From the sequence record BTPI01000021.1: 32,000 nucleotides of DNA; one strand, given 5' to 3'. Every line of letters begins with the position of its first letter. Within the stretch, counting starts at the first letter, position 1. The position numbers were made by a program, and so were the translations under genes. Below, one piece after another: positions 22,230-32,000 of this stretch. The notes under the pieces are model-generated. The model did no database searches. It was not told the DNA's origin and was given only the letters and a program-made list of their open reading frames with translations.

Positions 22230-23793
22230 TAGCATTAAAAAATAAAATTTATAGTTTGATATATAAAAAAAATTTTGTTTTGTTATAAAACTTTTTTTAT
22301 TAATAAAGGCTTGCCTAATAAAACAAGCTTTGCTTGTTTTACAAGCCTAACGTTTTTGTATACAAAAACCTTGCATACAGCTTGGTTGTATACTTGGAAG
22401 TAAGGTTTATTTTGCCTAACGAAGTAAGGTTGCCTTTGTTGGACAAAACAAAGTTTTGTCTTACTGTAGGCTTGTAAATAAAATCAAACAAAGTTTGATT
22501 TTATCAACTAGTAAAAAACGAAGTTTTTTACTAGCCTAATAAAACAAGCTTTGCTTGTTTTACAAGGTTTTACAAACCCTTACTTTATTATAAAAACTTC
22601 GTTTTTATTAGCAAAACAGCAAGCAAGCTGCAGGCTTGTAAACAAAATGAACTTTAGTTCTAAGAAAACAAGCTCTGCTTGTTTTCCTAAGAAAACAAAC
22701 AAAGTTTGTTTTCCAAGGTTCTCCCAACTTTTTGCTAATAAAAACGAAGTTTTTATAACCTATAAAAAAAACTATGTTTTTTTATTGGCAAGGGTTCTTG
22801 CAAAAATCTTTGATTTTTGTAACAAAGTAACCCTGCAGGTAACTTCATTACCAAGGAGCCTTTTGGTAGCCTAATTAAATTTCACTTTGTGAAATTTAAT
22901 AATAGCTGTTATAAAAAATACTTTGTAGCGCAGCAACCTTGCAGGTAGCTGCGCTACCAAAAGGTATTTTTTATTAGTTGCTGCGCTACTGAACCTTGTA
23001 AAACAAGTCAATAAAAAAAAATATGTTTTTTTTATAAGCTTGTTTTATTAGGAAGGTAAGAAAAAACTTTGTTTTTTCTCACCATTTTATCAACTAGTGA
23101 ATAAAATAAAGTTTTTTACTTTTATTAACTTCAAGTTGATTAAAACTAACAAAATACAACACTTGTAGTTCGATAATCTTTTTTTTTATAGTCTTATTAT
23201 CGGAAAGCAAATAATAAAACAAAATTTTTAAGTTTATTTAGTAAAATATAATTCGGGTAATTCAACAACGTTTAATTACTAAAAATTTAGACTATCAAGC
23301 TTATTTTTCAAGCTCTGATTATCTTATGTTATTTTTTTAATTTAGTCAGCCGACGCAAAAAACAGTGTCTATTAAAAAAGTGAAAAAAGTTTGTTTAAAA
23401 TATCAAAAAATTTGTGTGAATTAGTAGCGCAGTCGCGAAGCAACCCTGCAGGTCGCTTGCGACCAAAGGGCAACTAATAAAAAATACTTTGTAGCGCAGC
23501 AACTAATAAAAAATACAAAGTATTTTTTATAACAGGTATTATTAAATTTCACAAAGTGAAATTTAATTAGGCTACCAAAAAGTATTTTTTATAACAGGTA
23601 TTATTAAATTTCACAAAGTGAAATTTAATTAGGCTACCAAAAGGTAGTTAACAAAATCAAATTTTGTTTGATTTTATTTACAACTAATAAGTAAGTTGCT
23701 GGTAACTTATTTGATTAGTAATTTACTTTCCTAGCAGGTTTTTAGCAAAGATTTTGTTAAATATATTTTTTAAGTTATTTATAAATTAAGACA

Positions 23794-24198
23794 ATGAGTT
23801 TACAAGTTTGTATTATGACGCCTGATCGGATTTTTTGGAATGATCAAGCAGAAGAAATTATTTTACCGACCAATACAGGTCAAATGGGAGTATTAGCTAA
23901 TCATGCTCCACTAATTACTGCGTTAGATATTGGAGTAATGCTAATTAGAACAAAAAAAAATTGGACTTCACTAGCGCTAATGGGTGGTTTTGCTTTAGTA
24001 AAACAAAATCAAATTACAGTACTAGTTAATGAAGCGGAATCTAGTGAAACCATTCAAGCTGAACAAGCAGAAAATGCTTTCAATGAAGCAAAAATTCAAT
24101 TAGATCAAGCTGAAGGACAAAAACAAAAAGTTGAAGCAAATTTTGTTTTTAAGCGAGCTAGAGCAAGATATCAAGTTGTAAAAAAATCTACTAAGTAA
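23794..24198 (+). CDS. atpE: ATP synthase CF1 epsilon subunit
   Basis: 134-aa ORF, MSLQVCIMTPDRIFWNDQAEEIILPTNTGQMGVLANHAPLITALDIGVM; typical AtpE. Confidence 0.93.
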   Translation: MSLQVCIMTPDRIFWNDQAEEIILPTNTGQMGVLANHAPLITALDIGVMLIRTKKNWTSLALMGGFALVKQNQITVLVNEAESSETIQAEQAENAFNEAKIQLDQAEGQKQKVEANFVFKRARARYQVVKKSTK

Positions 24199-24626
24199 AT
24201 CAAATTATTTAGAATATTTGAATTTTAAGTTTGCTTAATATTGAATAACACTTATTTAATTTTAGTCAAAGTTTGATTTTATTAATTCATGAAGTAAGCC
24301 TATAGCAAGATAACTTATTTCCTTCACAGTTATTTTATTTTTTTACTTTATAAAGCAAGGAGTTGGAAAAAACTTTATTTTTTTTTAGCGGAGTAAGCGT
24401 TTGCCTAACGAAGTAAGGTAGTAAAATCTTGAAAAACAAGTTTTGTAGCGCAGCAACTAATAAAAAATACCTTTTGGTAGCCAGCTACCTGCAAGGTTGC
24501 TGCGCTACAAAGTATTTTTTATAACAGCTATTATTAAATTTCACAAAGTGAAATTTAATTAGGCTACCAAAAGGCTCGTTTTTTAAGATTTTGCTACTAA
24601 AAACGAAGTTTTCTGCTTAGCTGGCA

Positions 24627-24693
24627 AAGATTGGTTAGGCTTGGGTAGGGTAGGGTTCGAAGAAACCAACCCTACCCAAGCCTAACCAATCTT
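24627..24693. repeat. Long, relatively GC-rich hairpin (25-bp perfect outer stem plus inner stem)
   Basis: aagattggttaggcttgggtagggt ... accctacccaagcctaaccaatctt. The inner part aGGgTTC-GAA-GAAaCCa again has a C-GAA-G loop. Related partial sequences occur near 26731-26770 and 29091-29140. Confidence 0.8.
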
Positions 24694-24899
24694 ACCTTGT
24701 TAGGCAAAGGTAACCTTACTTTGTTAGGCAAAGGCAACCTTATTTAGTAAAAAGTTCGTTGTTGTCTGTTATAAGAAAAGAAATTTTGCTTGTTTCTTAA
24801 AATTTTTTTATTAAAAAAGAAAATATTATTTAGTATTTATTAAAATTAATTGATTTATATATATTATATGGTATAATGTAGTATTATATAGAGAAATTA

Positions 24900-24971
24900 T
24901 CCTCAGTAGCTCAGTGGTAGAGCGATCGGCTGTTAACCGATTTGTCGTAGGTTCAAGTCCTACCTGGGGAG
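24900..24971 (+). tRNA. trnN: tRNA-Asn (anticodon GUU)
   Basis: TCCTCAGTAGCTCAGTGGTAGAGCGATCGGCTGTTAACCGATTTGTCGTAGGTTCAAGTCCTACCTGGGGAG. All four stems pair; anticodon loop is CTGTTAA. Very close to the canonical plastid trnN. Confidence 0.95.
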
Positions 24972-25052
24972 ATAAGATTTGGTAAATATTTTGAATATAA
25001 ACCAATTATAATTTATATTAATTGACTAATATATTTTATTTTTCTCTAATTT

Positions 25053-25081
25053 TTGCTTGTATAATTAATATTTGATATAAT
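25053..25081 (+). promoter_or_regulatory. Candidate sigma70-type (PEP) promoter upstream of rps12-rps7
   Basis: TTGCTT, 17-nt spacer ending in TGA, then TATAAT (an extended -10, TGnTATAAT). It lies 389 nt upstream of the rps12 ATG. Chance matches are common in AT-rich DNA. Confidence 0.3.
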
Positions 25082-25469
25082 CATCATGATTATAGACATT
25101 TTAGTCTCTATTTTAAAAAATATTTCAAATATAAGCAAGCTGGAGTAATTTGTTTTAATAAACTATAAATTTATTTTGCTGGTTGCCCCTAATAAAATAA
25201 ATAAAGCTTATTTTACAAAGTTTGAAGTTTTTTCATATCATTTTATCAACTACCTTTTGGTAGCCTAATTAAATTTCACAAAGTGAAATTTAATTAGGCT
25301 ACCAAAAGGTATTTTTTATTAGTTGCCCTTTGGTCGCAAGCGACCTGCAGGGTTGCTTCGCGACTGCGCTACTAATTTTGAAAATTTATTAGCTTTATAT
25401 TTTTATTAGCTATATTTTTTTATAGCTGCTATTATAAAAATTAATAAAATAAAATATACCTTTTATATT

Positions 25470-25841
25470 ATGCCTACTATTCCACAGTTAATTAGATCTG
25501 CAAGAAAAGCTATTTCCAAAAAGACAAAATCACCAGCATTAAAATCATGTCCTCAAAAGCGAGGCGTTTGTACAAAAGTATATACCATTACTCCAAAAAA
25601 ACCTAATTCGGCTTTAAGAAAAGTTGCAAGAGTTAAGCTTACATCGAAATTTGAAGTAACAGCTTATATTCCAGGTATAGGCCATAATCTTCAAGAACAT
25701 TCTGTAGTATTAATCCGTGGCGGAAGAGTGAAAGATTTACCTGGCGTTCGATACCATATAGTTAGAGGAACGTTAGATACAGTTGGAGTAAAAAATCGTG
25801 TTCAAGGTCGATCAAAATATGGTGTAAAACGGCCAAAATAA
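25470..25841 (+). CDS. rps12: Ribosomal protein S12
   Basis: 123-aa [16 protein letters not shown]...[14 protein letters not shown]...[18 protein letters not shown]; uninterrupted, with no trans-splicing. Confidence 0.97.
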   Translation: MPTIPQLIRSARKAISKKTKSPALKSCPQKRGVCTKVYTITPKKPNSALRKVARVKLTSKFEVTAYIPGIGHNLQEHSVVLIRGGRVKDLPGVRYHIVRGTLDTVGVKNRVQGRSKYGVKRPK

Positions 25842-25961
25842 TAACAAAAATTAATTTAAATTTCATAAAAAATTTAAATGACGTCGCTAAAAAAATAAAT
25901 AAATGAAATAGCGAAAAATTAAAAATAATTAGATTATGTAAATAATGGAGTTCACTTTTTT

Positions 25962-26432
25962 ATGTCTCGCCGATATACCCCAAAAAAACGACTTTTATCT
26001 CCCGATCCTGTTTATGATAGTCATTTAATCCATATTATTGTAAATCAGTTAATGAAAAAAGGGAAAAAATCTTTAGCTTATAAAATGTTTTATGAGTCTA
26101 TGAATCAAATTAAAGAAATTACGCAACAAGATCCAGTAAAGACTATTGAGCAAGCTGTACGTAATGCAACCCCTTTAGTAGAAATAAAAGCTAGACGAAT
26201 TGGAGGATCGACTTATCAAGTTCCGTTAGATGTTACTCCTGAAAGAGGAACAGCACTTGCAATTCGATGGATCTTATCTTCATGTCGAAGTCGTTCCGGT
26301 CGAAATATGATTTCAAAATTAAGTAATGAATTTTTAGATGCATCCAAAAATATGGGTAATGCTATCCGAAAACGAAATGAGGTTCATAAAATGGCTGATG
26401 CAAACAAAGCTTTTGCTAAGTATCGTTTTTAA
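25962..26432 (+). CDS. rps7: Ribosomal protein S7
   Basis: 156-aa [23 protein letters not shown]...[15 protein letters not shown]...; 120 nt after rps12 with no repeats between them. Confidence 0.95.
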   Translation: MSRRYTPKKRLLSPDPVYDSHLIHIIVNQLMKKGKKSLAYKMFYESMNQIKEITQQDPVKTIEQAVRNATPLVEIKARRIGGSTYQVPLDVTPERGTALAIRWILSSCRSRSGRNMISKLSNEFLDASKNMGNAIRKRNEVHKMADANKAFAKYRF

Positions 26433-26816
26433 ATTAAGACAAATTTTTTTTTTGCTAGTGTATTAAAAAATTTGAATTCAAGTTAATTACCAAAATTTTA
26501 AAATTGAAATTTACTTGTACTGTTAGTTACATCCTCCATGCACACAATTTTGTTGCGTATATTTTTAACTAATAAAACTTTTTTTTTAGAAGCAAAAAAC
26601 AAAATAAAATTAACCTGACTTCTATTTTTTATTTACTAGTTGATAAAATAAAATCTAGTTCATTTTATTTTTAAGCTAGCTGTTTTTTGGTTGTTAGCAA
26701 CCAAAAGGTTGCCTTTGCCTAACGAAATAAAATTGGGTAGGCTTCGAACAAGCTAAGCCTAGCAAGGTTGCCTTTGTCTAACGTTTTTGTATACAAAAAC
26801 CTGACATACAACTTCG

Positions 26817-26913
26817 TTGTATGTTTGCAAATTGTATGTCAGGTTTTTTCAAAACGTTGAATGTTTGCAAGTTGTATGTTTGCAAATTGTATGTCCGTTT
26901 TTTTCAAAACGTT
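26817..26913 (+). repeat. Tandem duplication, ~54-bp period x 2
   Basis: ttgtatgtttgcaaattgtatgtcaggttttttcaaaacgttg at 26817 repeats at 26871 (ttgtatgtttgcaaattgtatgtccgtttttttcaaaacgttg). Confidence 0.8.
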
Positions 26914-27267
26914 GTATGCTTGCAAGTAAGCTTGACTTTGTTAGTTAATAAAATGAACTTTAGTTCTAAGAAAACAAGCAGAGCTTGTTTTCTTAGAACT
27001 AAAGTTCATTTTATTTACAACTAATAAAAAATACCTTTTGGTAGCCTAATTAAATTTCACTTTGTGAAATTTAATTACGCTTAGAATAAAACTATAGTTT
27101 ATTCTTACAAAAGCTACTTTGTACAAATTTTTTACTACCCTAATAAAATAAGCAAAGCTTATTTTACAAGCTTCTTCAAATCCTTACTTTGTCATATAAG
27201 CAGCCTTTGCTAGCGAAGTAAGCTTTTGCTAGTTTGCTAGCAAAGGCTTGCTTCGCCTCTTGCTTTA

Positions 27268-27474
27268 TTATAAAAACTTCGTTTTTATTAGCAAAGGGTT
27301 CTTGCAAAAATCTTTGATTTTTGTAACAAAGTAACTAATAAAAAATACAAAGTATTTTTTATAACAGGTAACTTCGTTACCAAGGGGCCTTTTGGTAGCC
27401 AGCTACCTGCAAGGTTGCCCTTTGGTCGCAAGCGACCCGCAGGGTTGCTTCGCGACTGCGCTACTAAACCTTGG
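27268..27474 (+). repeat. Composite dispersed repeat R2, left copy (207 bp, perfect)
   Basis: Base-for-base identical to 30839-31045 by my direct comparison (ttataaaaacttcgtttttattagcaaagggttcttgcaaaaatc...gcgactgcgctactaaaccttgg). Confidence 0.92.
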
Positions 27475-29237
27475 AAAACAAACTTTGTTTGTTTTCTTAG
27501 AGAAAATGAAGTTTTTATTAGCAAACGGGAAATAAAATCAAATGAATTAAACTTTGTATGATTTTATCAACTACAAGCTTGCTCCACTTTCAAATTAAAA
27601 AATTTTGTAAATAAATTAAATAAGTCTTTCTTTAATTTGGCTTTATTACATTTTTTAATACAATGAATTGAGGAAGCAAGCAGAATTATAAATTTAATTT
27701 TTTAAAAATTTCGTTTTGTAAAATAATAATCAATACTGTAAAATACAAAAAAAACTAAATTTATAAAATCATTAGTGTAGCAACTAACAAGTAAACTGCT
27801 GCCAATTTACTTCATTCTTTCAGATATGTTTATGTAAGTATGTTTTATTTTAATAAATATCAAATTACTCAAAAAGTAAATAGAAAGCAATTTATTTGGT
27901 ATTCGTTTTGCTACTAATTCAAAACAGATAACTACTAAAATTAAAATTTTTTTTTCAACATAAAATGAAAATTTATTTTAAGTTTATCAATTAGCAGTTG
28001 TTTAACGTTTTTGTATACAAAAACCTGACATACAAGGTTTTGAAAAAACCTTGTATGTTCCCTTGCTTTGTTATAAAAACTTCGTTTTTATTAGCAAAGG
28101 GTAGGACAAAACAAAGTTTTGTCCAACCTTACTTCGTTAGGGAAGTTGTATGCTTGGAAGTAAGGTTAGCTTTGCTAGTTGAAAAAATGAACTAAAGTTT
28201 ATTTTAATTCAACTAGCTTTTGTTGATAAAATCAAACAAAGTTTGATTTTATTTACTAGCCTATAAAAAAACAAAGTTTTTTATTTACAATTTTTAATTC
28301 AAAAGCTTTGCTTTTGAATTAAAAATTGTAAATAAAATGGTGAGAAAAAACAAAGTTTTTTCTTATCTTTGAAAACAAGCTCTGTAGCGCAGCAACCTTG
28401 CAGGTAGCTGGCCTGGAATAAAACATAGTTTTATTCTTGCAAAAGGTATTTTTTATAACAGCTATTATTAAATTTCACAAAGTGAAATTTAATTAGGCTT
28501 AGAATAAAACTATGTTTTATTCTTACAAAAGCTACTTTCTACAAATTCTTTACTACCCTAATAAAAACAAGCTTTGTTAGTTTTATAAGGTTTTATCAAC
28601 CTTTTGACTTGCAAAAAAAGTCAAAGGGTTGATAAAACCTTTTTTGCTAATAAAAATAAAATGTTTATAACACAGTTATAAAGCTTTTTCATGCTATTTT
28701 ATAAAGCAAAATAAATTTTCATTTAATTCTTAAACAAATTAAATGAAAATTTATCTTGCTTTCTTACCTTGTTATAAAAACGAAATTTTTATTAGCAAAA
28801 AAGGTTGATCCAATATTGGCCTTTGCCTAACGAAGTAAGGTTGCCTTTGTTGGACAAAACAAAGTTTTGTCTTACTGTAGGCTTGTAAATAAAATCAAAT
28901 TTGAACAGAGTTCAAGCTAGTGGCAAAGTTTGATTTTATCAACTAGTAAAAAATGAAGTTTTTTACTACCCGTTGCTTTGTACCACAAGGGTTTGGGAAA
29001 CTTTGGTTTTTGCTAGCGAAGCAAGCCTGAAGTAAGGTTTTTGAGAACCTTTTTTACTTTGTTATAAAAACTTTGTTTTTATAACAAAGCAAGGAATAGG
29101 GTTGGGTAGGGTTCAAAAAACTCAACCTCTGACCGACCTTATTTTGTTAGGCAAAAACAAAATTATTTTTTCATAATTATTAATAATAAGCAAATAAAAA
29201 ATATTTTTTTTTGAAACAGTCAAGGAATTAATAGAAT

Positions 29238-30464
29238 ATGGCACGTGAAAAATTTCAACGTAAAAAACCGCATATAAATATTGGTACAATTGGACATGTT
29301 GATCATGGAAAAACTACATTAACGGCAGCTATTACAATGGCACTAACATCTTGGGGTGGAAAAAGTAAAAACTATGCTGATATCGATAGTGCGCCTGAAG
29401 AAAAAGCGCGAGGCATTACAATTAATACTGCTCATGTTGAATACGAAACTGAAACAAGACATTATGCACACGTAGATTGCCCAGGTCATGCTGATTATGT
29501 AAAAAATATGATTACAGGTGCAGCACAAATGGATGGAGCAATTTTAGTTGTATCAGGTGCTGATGGTCCGATGCCACAAACTAAAGAACATATTTTATTA
29601 GCAAAACAAGTAGGTGTTCCGAATATTGTTGTTTTTTTAAATAAAGAAGATCAAGTAGATGATGAAGAGCTTTTAGAATTAGTAGAGTTAGAAGTACGCG
29701 AAACTTTAGATAGTTATGAATTTCCAGGAGATGATATTCCTATTGTTTCTGGATCTGCTTTATTAGCGCTGGAAGCATTAACTGAAAATCCACAAATTAA
29801 GCGTGGTGAAAATAAATGGGTTGATAAAATTTATGACCTTATGCAACAGGTTGATGACTATATTCCAACTCCAGAAAGAGATACGGATAAATCATTTTTA
29901 ATGGCAGTTGAAGATGTATTTTCAATTACTGGACGTGGAACTGTAGCTACAGGAAGAGTTGAAAGAGGAACTATTAAGGTAGGTGAAACTATTGAGCTTG
30001 TCGGTTTAAGAAACACTAAAACTACAACTGTTACAGGTCTAGAAATGTTTCAAAAAACTTTAGATGAAAGTGTTGCTGGAGATAATGTAGGTGTTTTACT
30101 TCGTGGTATTCAAAAAGTAGATATTGAAAGAGGAATGGTATTAGCAAAACCAGGCACTATTACTCCGCATACTAAATTTGAATCACAAGTTTATGTTCTT
30201 AAAAAAGAAGAGGGTGGTAGACATACGCCATTTTTTCCAGGATATCAACCTCAATTTTACGTTCGTACAACTGATGTAACAGGAAAAATTGATTCTTTTA
30301 AATCAGATGATGGTAGTGAAACTCAAATGGTAATGCCTGGTGACAGAATTAAAATGGTAGTAAAACTTATTCAACCAATCGCAATTGAAAAAGGAATGAG
30401 ATTTGCTATTCGTGAAGGAGGAAGAACAGTTGGGGCAGGAGTAGTTTCTACTATTATTGAATAA
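29238..30464 (+). CDS. tufA: Translation elongation factor Tu
   Basis: Intact 408-aa ORF. Contains [15 protein letters not shown] and NKED GTPase motifs. Confidence 0.98.
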   Translation: MAREKFQRKKPHINIGTIGHVDHGKTTLTAAITMALTSWGGKSKNYADIDSAPEEKARGITINTAHVEYETETRHYAHVDCPGHADYVKNMITGAAQMDGAILVVSGADGPMPQTKEHILLAKQVGVPNIVVFLNKEDQVDDEELLELVELEVRETLDSYEFPGDDIPIVSGSALLALEALTENPQIKRGENKWVDKIYDLMQQVDDYIPTPERDTDKSFLMAVEDVFSITGRGTVATGRVERGTIKVGETIELVGLRNTKTTTVTGLEMFQKTLDESVAGDNVGVLLRGIQKVDIERGMVLAKPGTITPHTKFESQVYVLKKEEGGRHTPFFPGYQPQFYVRTTDVTGKIDSFKSDDGSETQMVMPGDRIKMVVKLIQPIAIEKGMRFAIREGGRTVGAGVVSTIIE

Positions 30465-30838
30465 TAAAATGTTTTATATTAAGTAATTTTTAAATAAAAA
30501 ATAATGGCTACTTTATAATAGCCTCCTTGGTTTGCAAAAAACGAAGTTTTTTCTTAGGCTCGTCCCCCGTTGCTTTGCTTAGCAAAGGGCAAAATCAAAT
30601 AAAAGTAAATAAACTTAGTTTTAATAAAATTAAAGTAAAGGGTTTGGAAAACTTTAACTTTGACTAGCTTACTCCCTTGTTTACAAAGCAGGGGGTGTAA
30701 ACACCTTTGCTTTATTTGAAAAACGAAGTTTTGACCAGCAAAAAATTCTGGTAAACCTTCGTAATAAAACAAGCTTTGCTTGTTTTAAAAGCTTCTCCGA
30801 ACCCTTGTCAGTAAATAAAACTTTGTTTTATTTACAGG

Positions 30839-31045
30839 TTATAAAAACTTCGTTTTTATTAGCAAAGGGTTCTTGCAAAAATCTTTGATTTTTGTAACAA
30901 AGTAACTAATAAAAAATACAAAGTATTTTTTATAACAGGTAACTTCGTTACCAAGGGGCCTTTTGGTAGCCAGCTACCTGCAAGGTTGCCCTTTGGTCGC
31001 AAGCGACCCGCAGGGTTGCTTCGCGACTGCGCTACTAAACCTTGG
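30839..31045 (+). repeat. Composite dispersed repeat R2, right copy (207 bp, perfect)
   Basis: Identical to 27268-27474, same orientation, offset 3571 bp; followed immediately by an R3 copy. Confidence 0.92.
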
Positions 31046-31203
31046 CCTTTGCCCCTTGTCAGTAAATAAAACTTTGTTTTATTTACAGGCAAGGCAAAGG
31101 AGCAAGCAAGCCTTAGCTAGCTTGCTAGCTTCAGGCTTGTAAATAAAATCAAACAAAGTTTGATTTTATCAACTAGAAAACAAACTTTGTTTGTTTTCTT
31201 AGG
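31040..31203 (+). repeat. Composite dispersed repeat R3 copy
   Basis: ccttggcctttgccccttgtcagtaaataaaactttgttttatttacaggcaaggcaaaggagcaagcaagccttagctagcttgctagcttcaggcttgtaaataaaatcaaac... Confidence 0.85.
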
Positions 31204-31617
31204 AAATCAAGCAAAGATTGTTTTCTTAGAAGAAAAGCTTGTTTTGTTATAAAAAAAGAATAATTAAAAGTAATTCTTTTTTTTTTACTAACAAAATTAG
31301 CCTACCAAAGTAAGGTTGCCTTTACTTAACAAAGTAAAGTTGGCTTTGCTTGTTTTACAAGCTTCTCCGAAGCTTTGCTTTGTCATATAAGCAGAAAACG
31401 AAGTTTTTATTAGCAAAGGCTTGTTGCAAAAATCTTTGATTTTTTCTAAACTTTAGAAAAACAAGCTTTGCTTATTTTCTTAGCAAAGCTTGTTTTTTTA
31501 GAAAAGCTTAGTTTTTTTCTACTGCAAGCTTGTAAATCTAATGAAAATAAATTCCATAGTATCCACTAACAAAGAAAGAAAGTTTTTTTAAAATTAAAGA
31601 AAAAAACTATCATATAT

Positions 31618-31989
31618 ATGATAAACACAACAGCTATGAAATTAAAAGAATTTATATATAATATTGAAAAAGAGCAGTTTAAAACTGAGCTTCCCACAAT
31701 CTGTATTGGTGACACTGTTAAAATAGGTTTAATAATTCAAGAAGGTAATAAACAACGAATTCAACCATATGAAGGAACAATAATCGCTCAACATAAGGCG
31801 GGTATTAGTACAACTGTTACGGTAAGGCGAATTTTTCAAAATATTGGAATAGAAAGAGTTTTTGCTATTCATTCTCCATTAATACAGAATATTGAAATTG
31901 TTCGTCGTGCAAAAATTAGAAAAGCAAAATTATATTATTTACGATCACGTATAGGTAAAAGTATACGACTTAAAGAACGATTTAATTAA
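31618..31989 (+). CDS. rpl19: Ribosomal protein L19
   Basis: 123-aa ORF; ...GDTVKIGLIIQEGNKQRIQPYEGTIIAQHKAGISTTVTVRRIFQNIGIERVF...RRAKIRKAKLYYLR is typical of L19. Confidence 0.9.
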   Translation: MINTTAMKLKEFIYNIEKEQFKTELPTICIGDTVKIGLIIQEGNKQRIQPYEGTIIAQHKAGISTTVTVRRIFQNIGIERVFAIHSPLIQNIEIVRRAKIRKAKLYYLRSRIGKSIRLKERFN

Positions 31990-32000
31990 AAATATAAATT

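Noticed and set aside
25087-25149. Short ORF (MIIDILVSILKNISNISKLE, 20 aa) just downstream of the candidate promoter; considered as a small photosystem or cytochrome subunit gene.
   Set aside because: It matches no small plastid protein I know (psbI, psbT, petG, petL, psaJ and others). It is too short and too low in complexity to support. Other spacers also yielded no convincing small gene.
27288-27524. Pair of near-identical ORFs (27288-27524 and 30859-31092, minus strand) sharing about 60 identical residues, which could look like a duplicated gene.
   Set aside because: The identity comes from the perfect 207-bp R2 repeat. The ORFs diverge exactly where the repeat ends, and the sequence is made of hairpin modules found in many other spacers.

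Overview
This window is an AT-rich green-algal chloroplast (plastid) genome segment, not a bacterial accessory region. It holds 11 standard plastid protein genes. On the + strand: chlB, psaA, psaB, atpB, atpE, rps12, rps7, tufA and rpl19; on the - strand: rbcL. There are two tRNAs, trnK-UUU and trnN-GUU. psaA is split in cis by a 1281-nt group I intron that encodes a double-motif LAGLIDADG homing endonuclease. I could place the splice sites exactly from P1/P10 pairing and from the P, Q, R and S core elements. The retained clusters psaA-psaB, atpB-atpE and rps12-rps7-tufA-rpl19, the cis-spliced psaA and the presence of chlB suggest a core chlorophyte of ulvophyte or trebouxiophyte type. I cannot name the species without a database search. 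Three coding-looking regions match nothing I recognise. Two are tandem ORFs of 261 and 217 aa directly downstream of rbcL. The third is a ~1.1-kb minus-strand frame at 4257-5372 that has no ATG start and is broken by one TAA and one TGA. About half the window is noncoding. Nearly every large spacer is filled with short dispersed repeats built from AT-rich hairpin modules, each with a 3-nt loop closed by a C:G pair. These modules combine into larger units of 105-207 bp that recur in both orientations. One pair is a perfect 207-bp direct repeat bracketing tufA. Some hairpin loops are flipped between otherwise co-oriented copies. I found no defence system, CRISPR array, rRNA or transposase. The many 60-110-aa ORFs inside repeat clusters are artefacts. 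All calls rest on reading the sequence and the ORF track; no similarity search was run.
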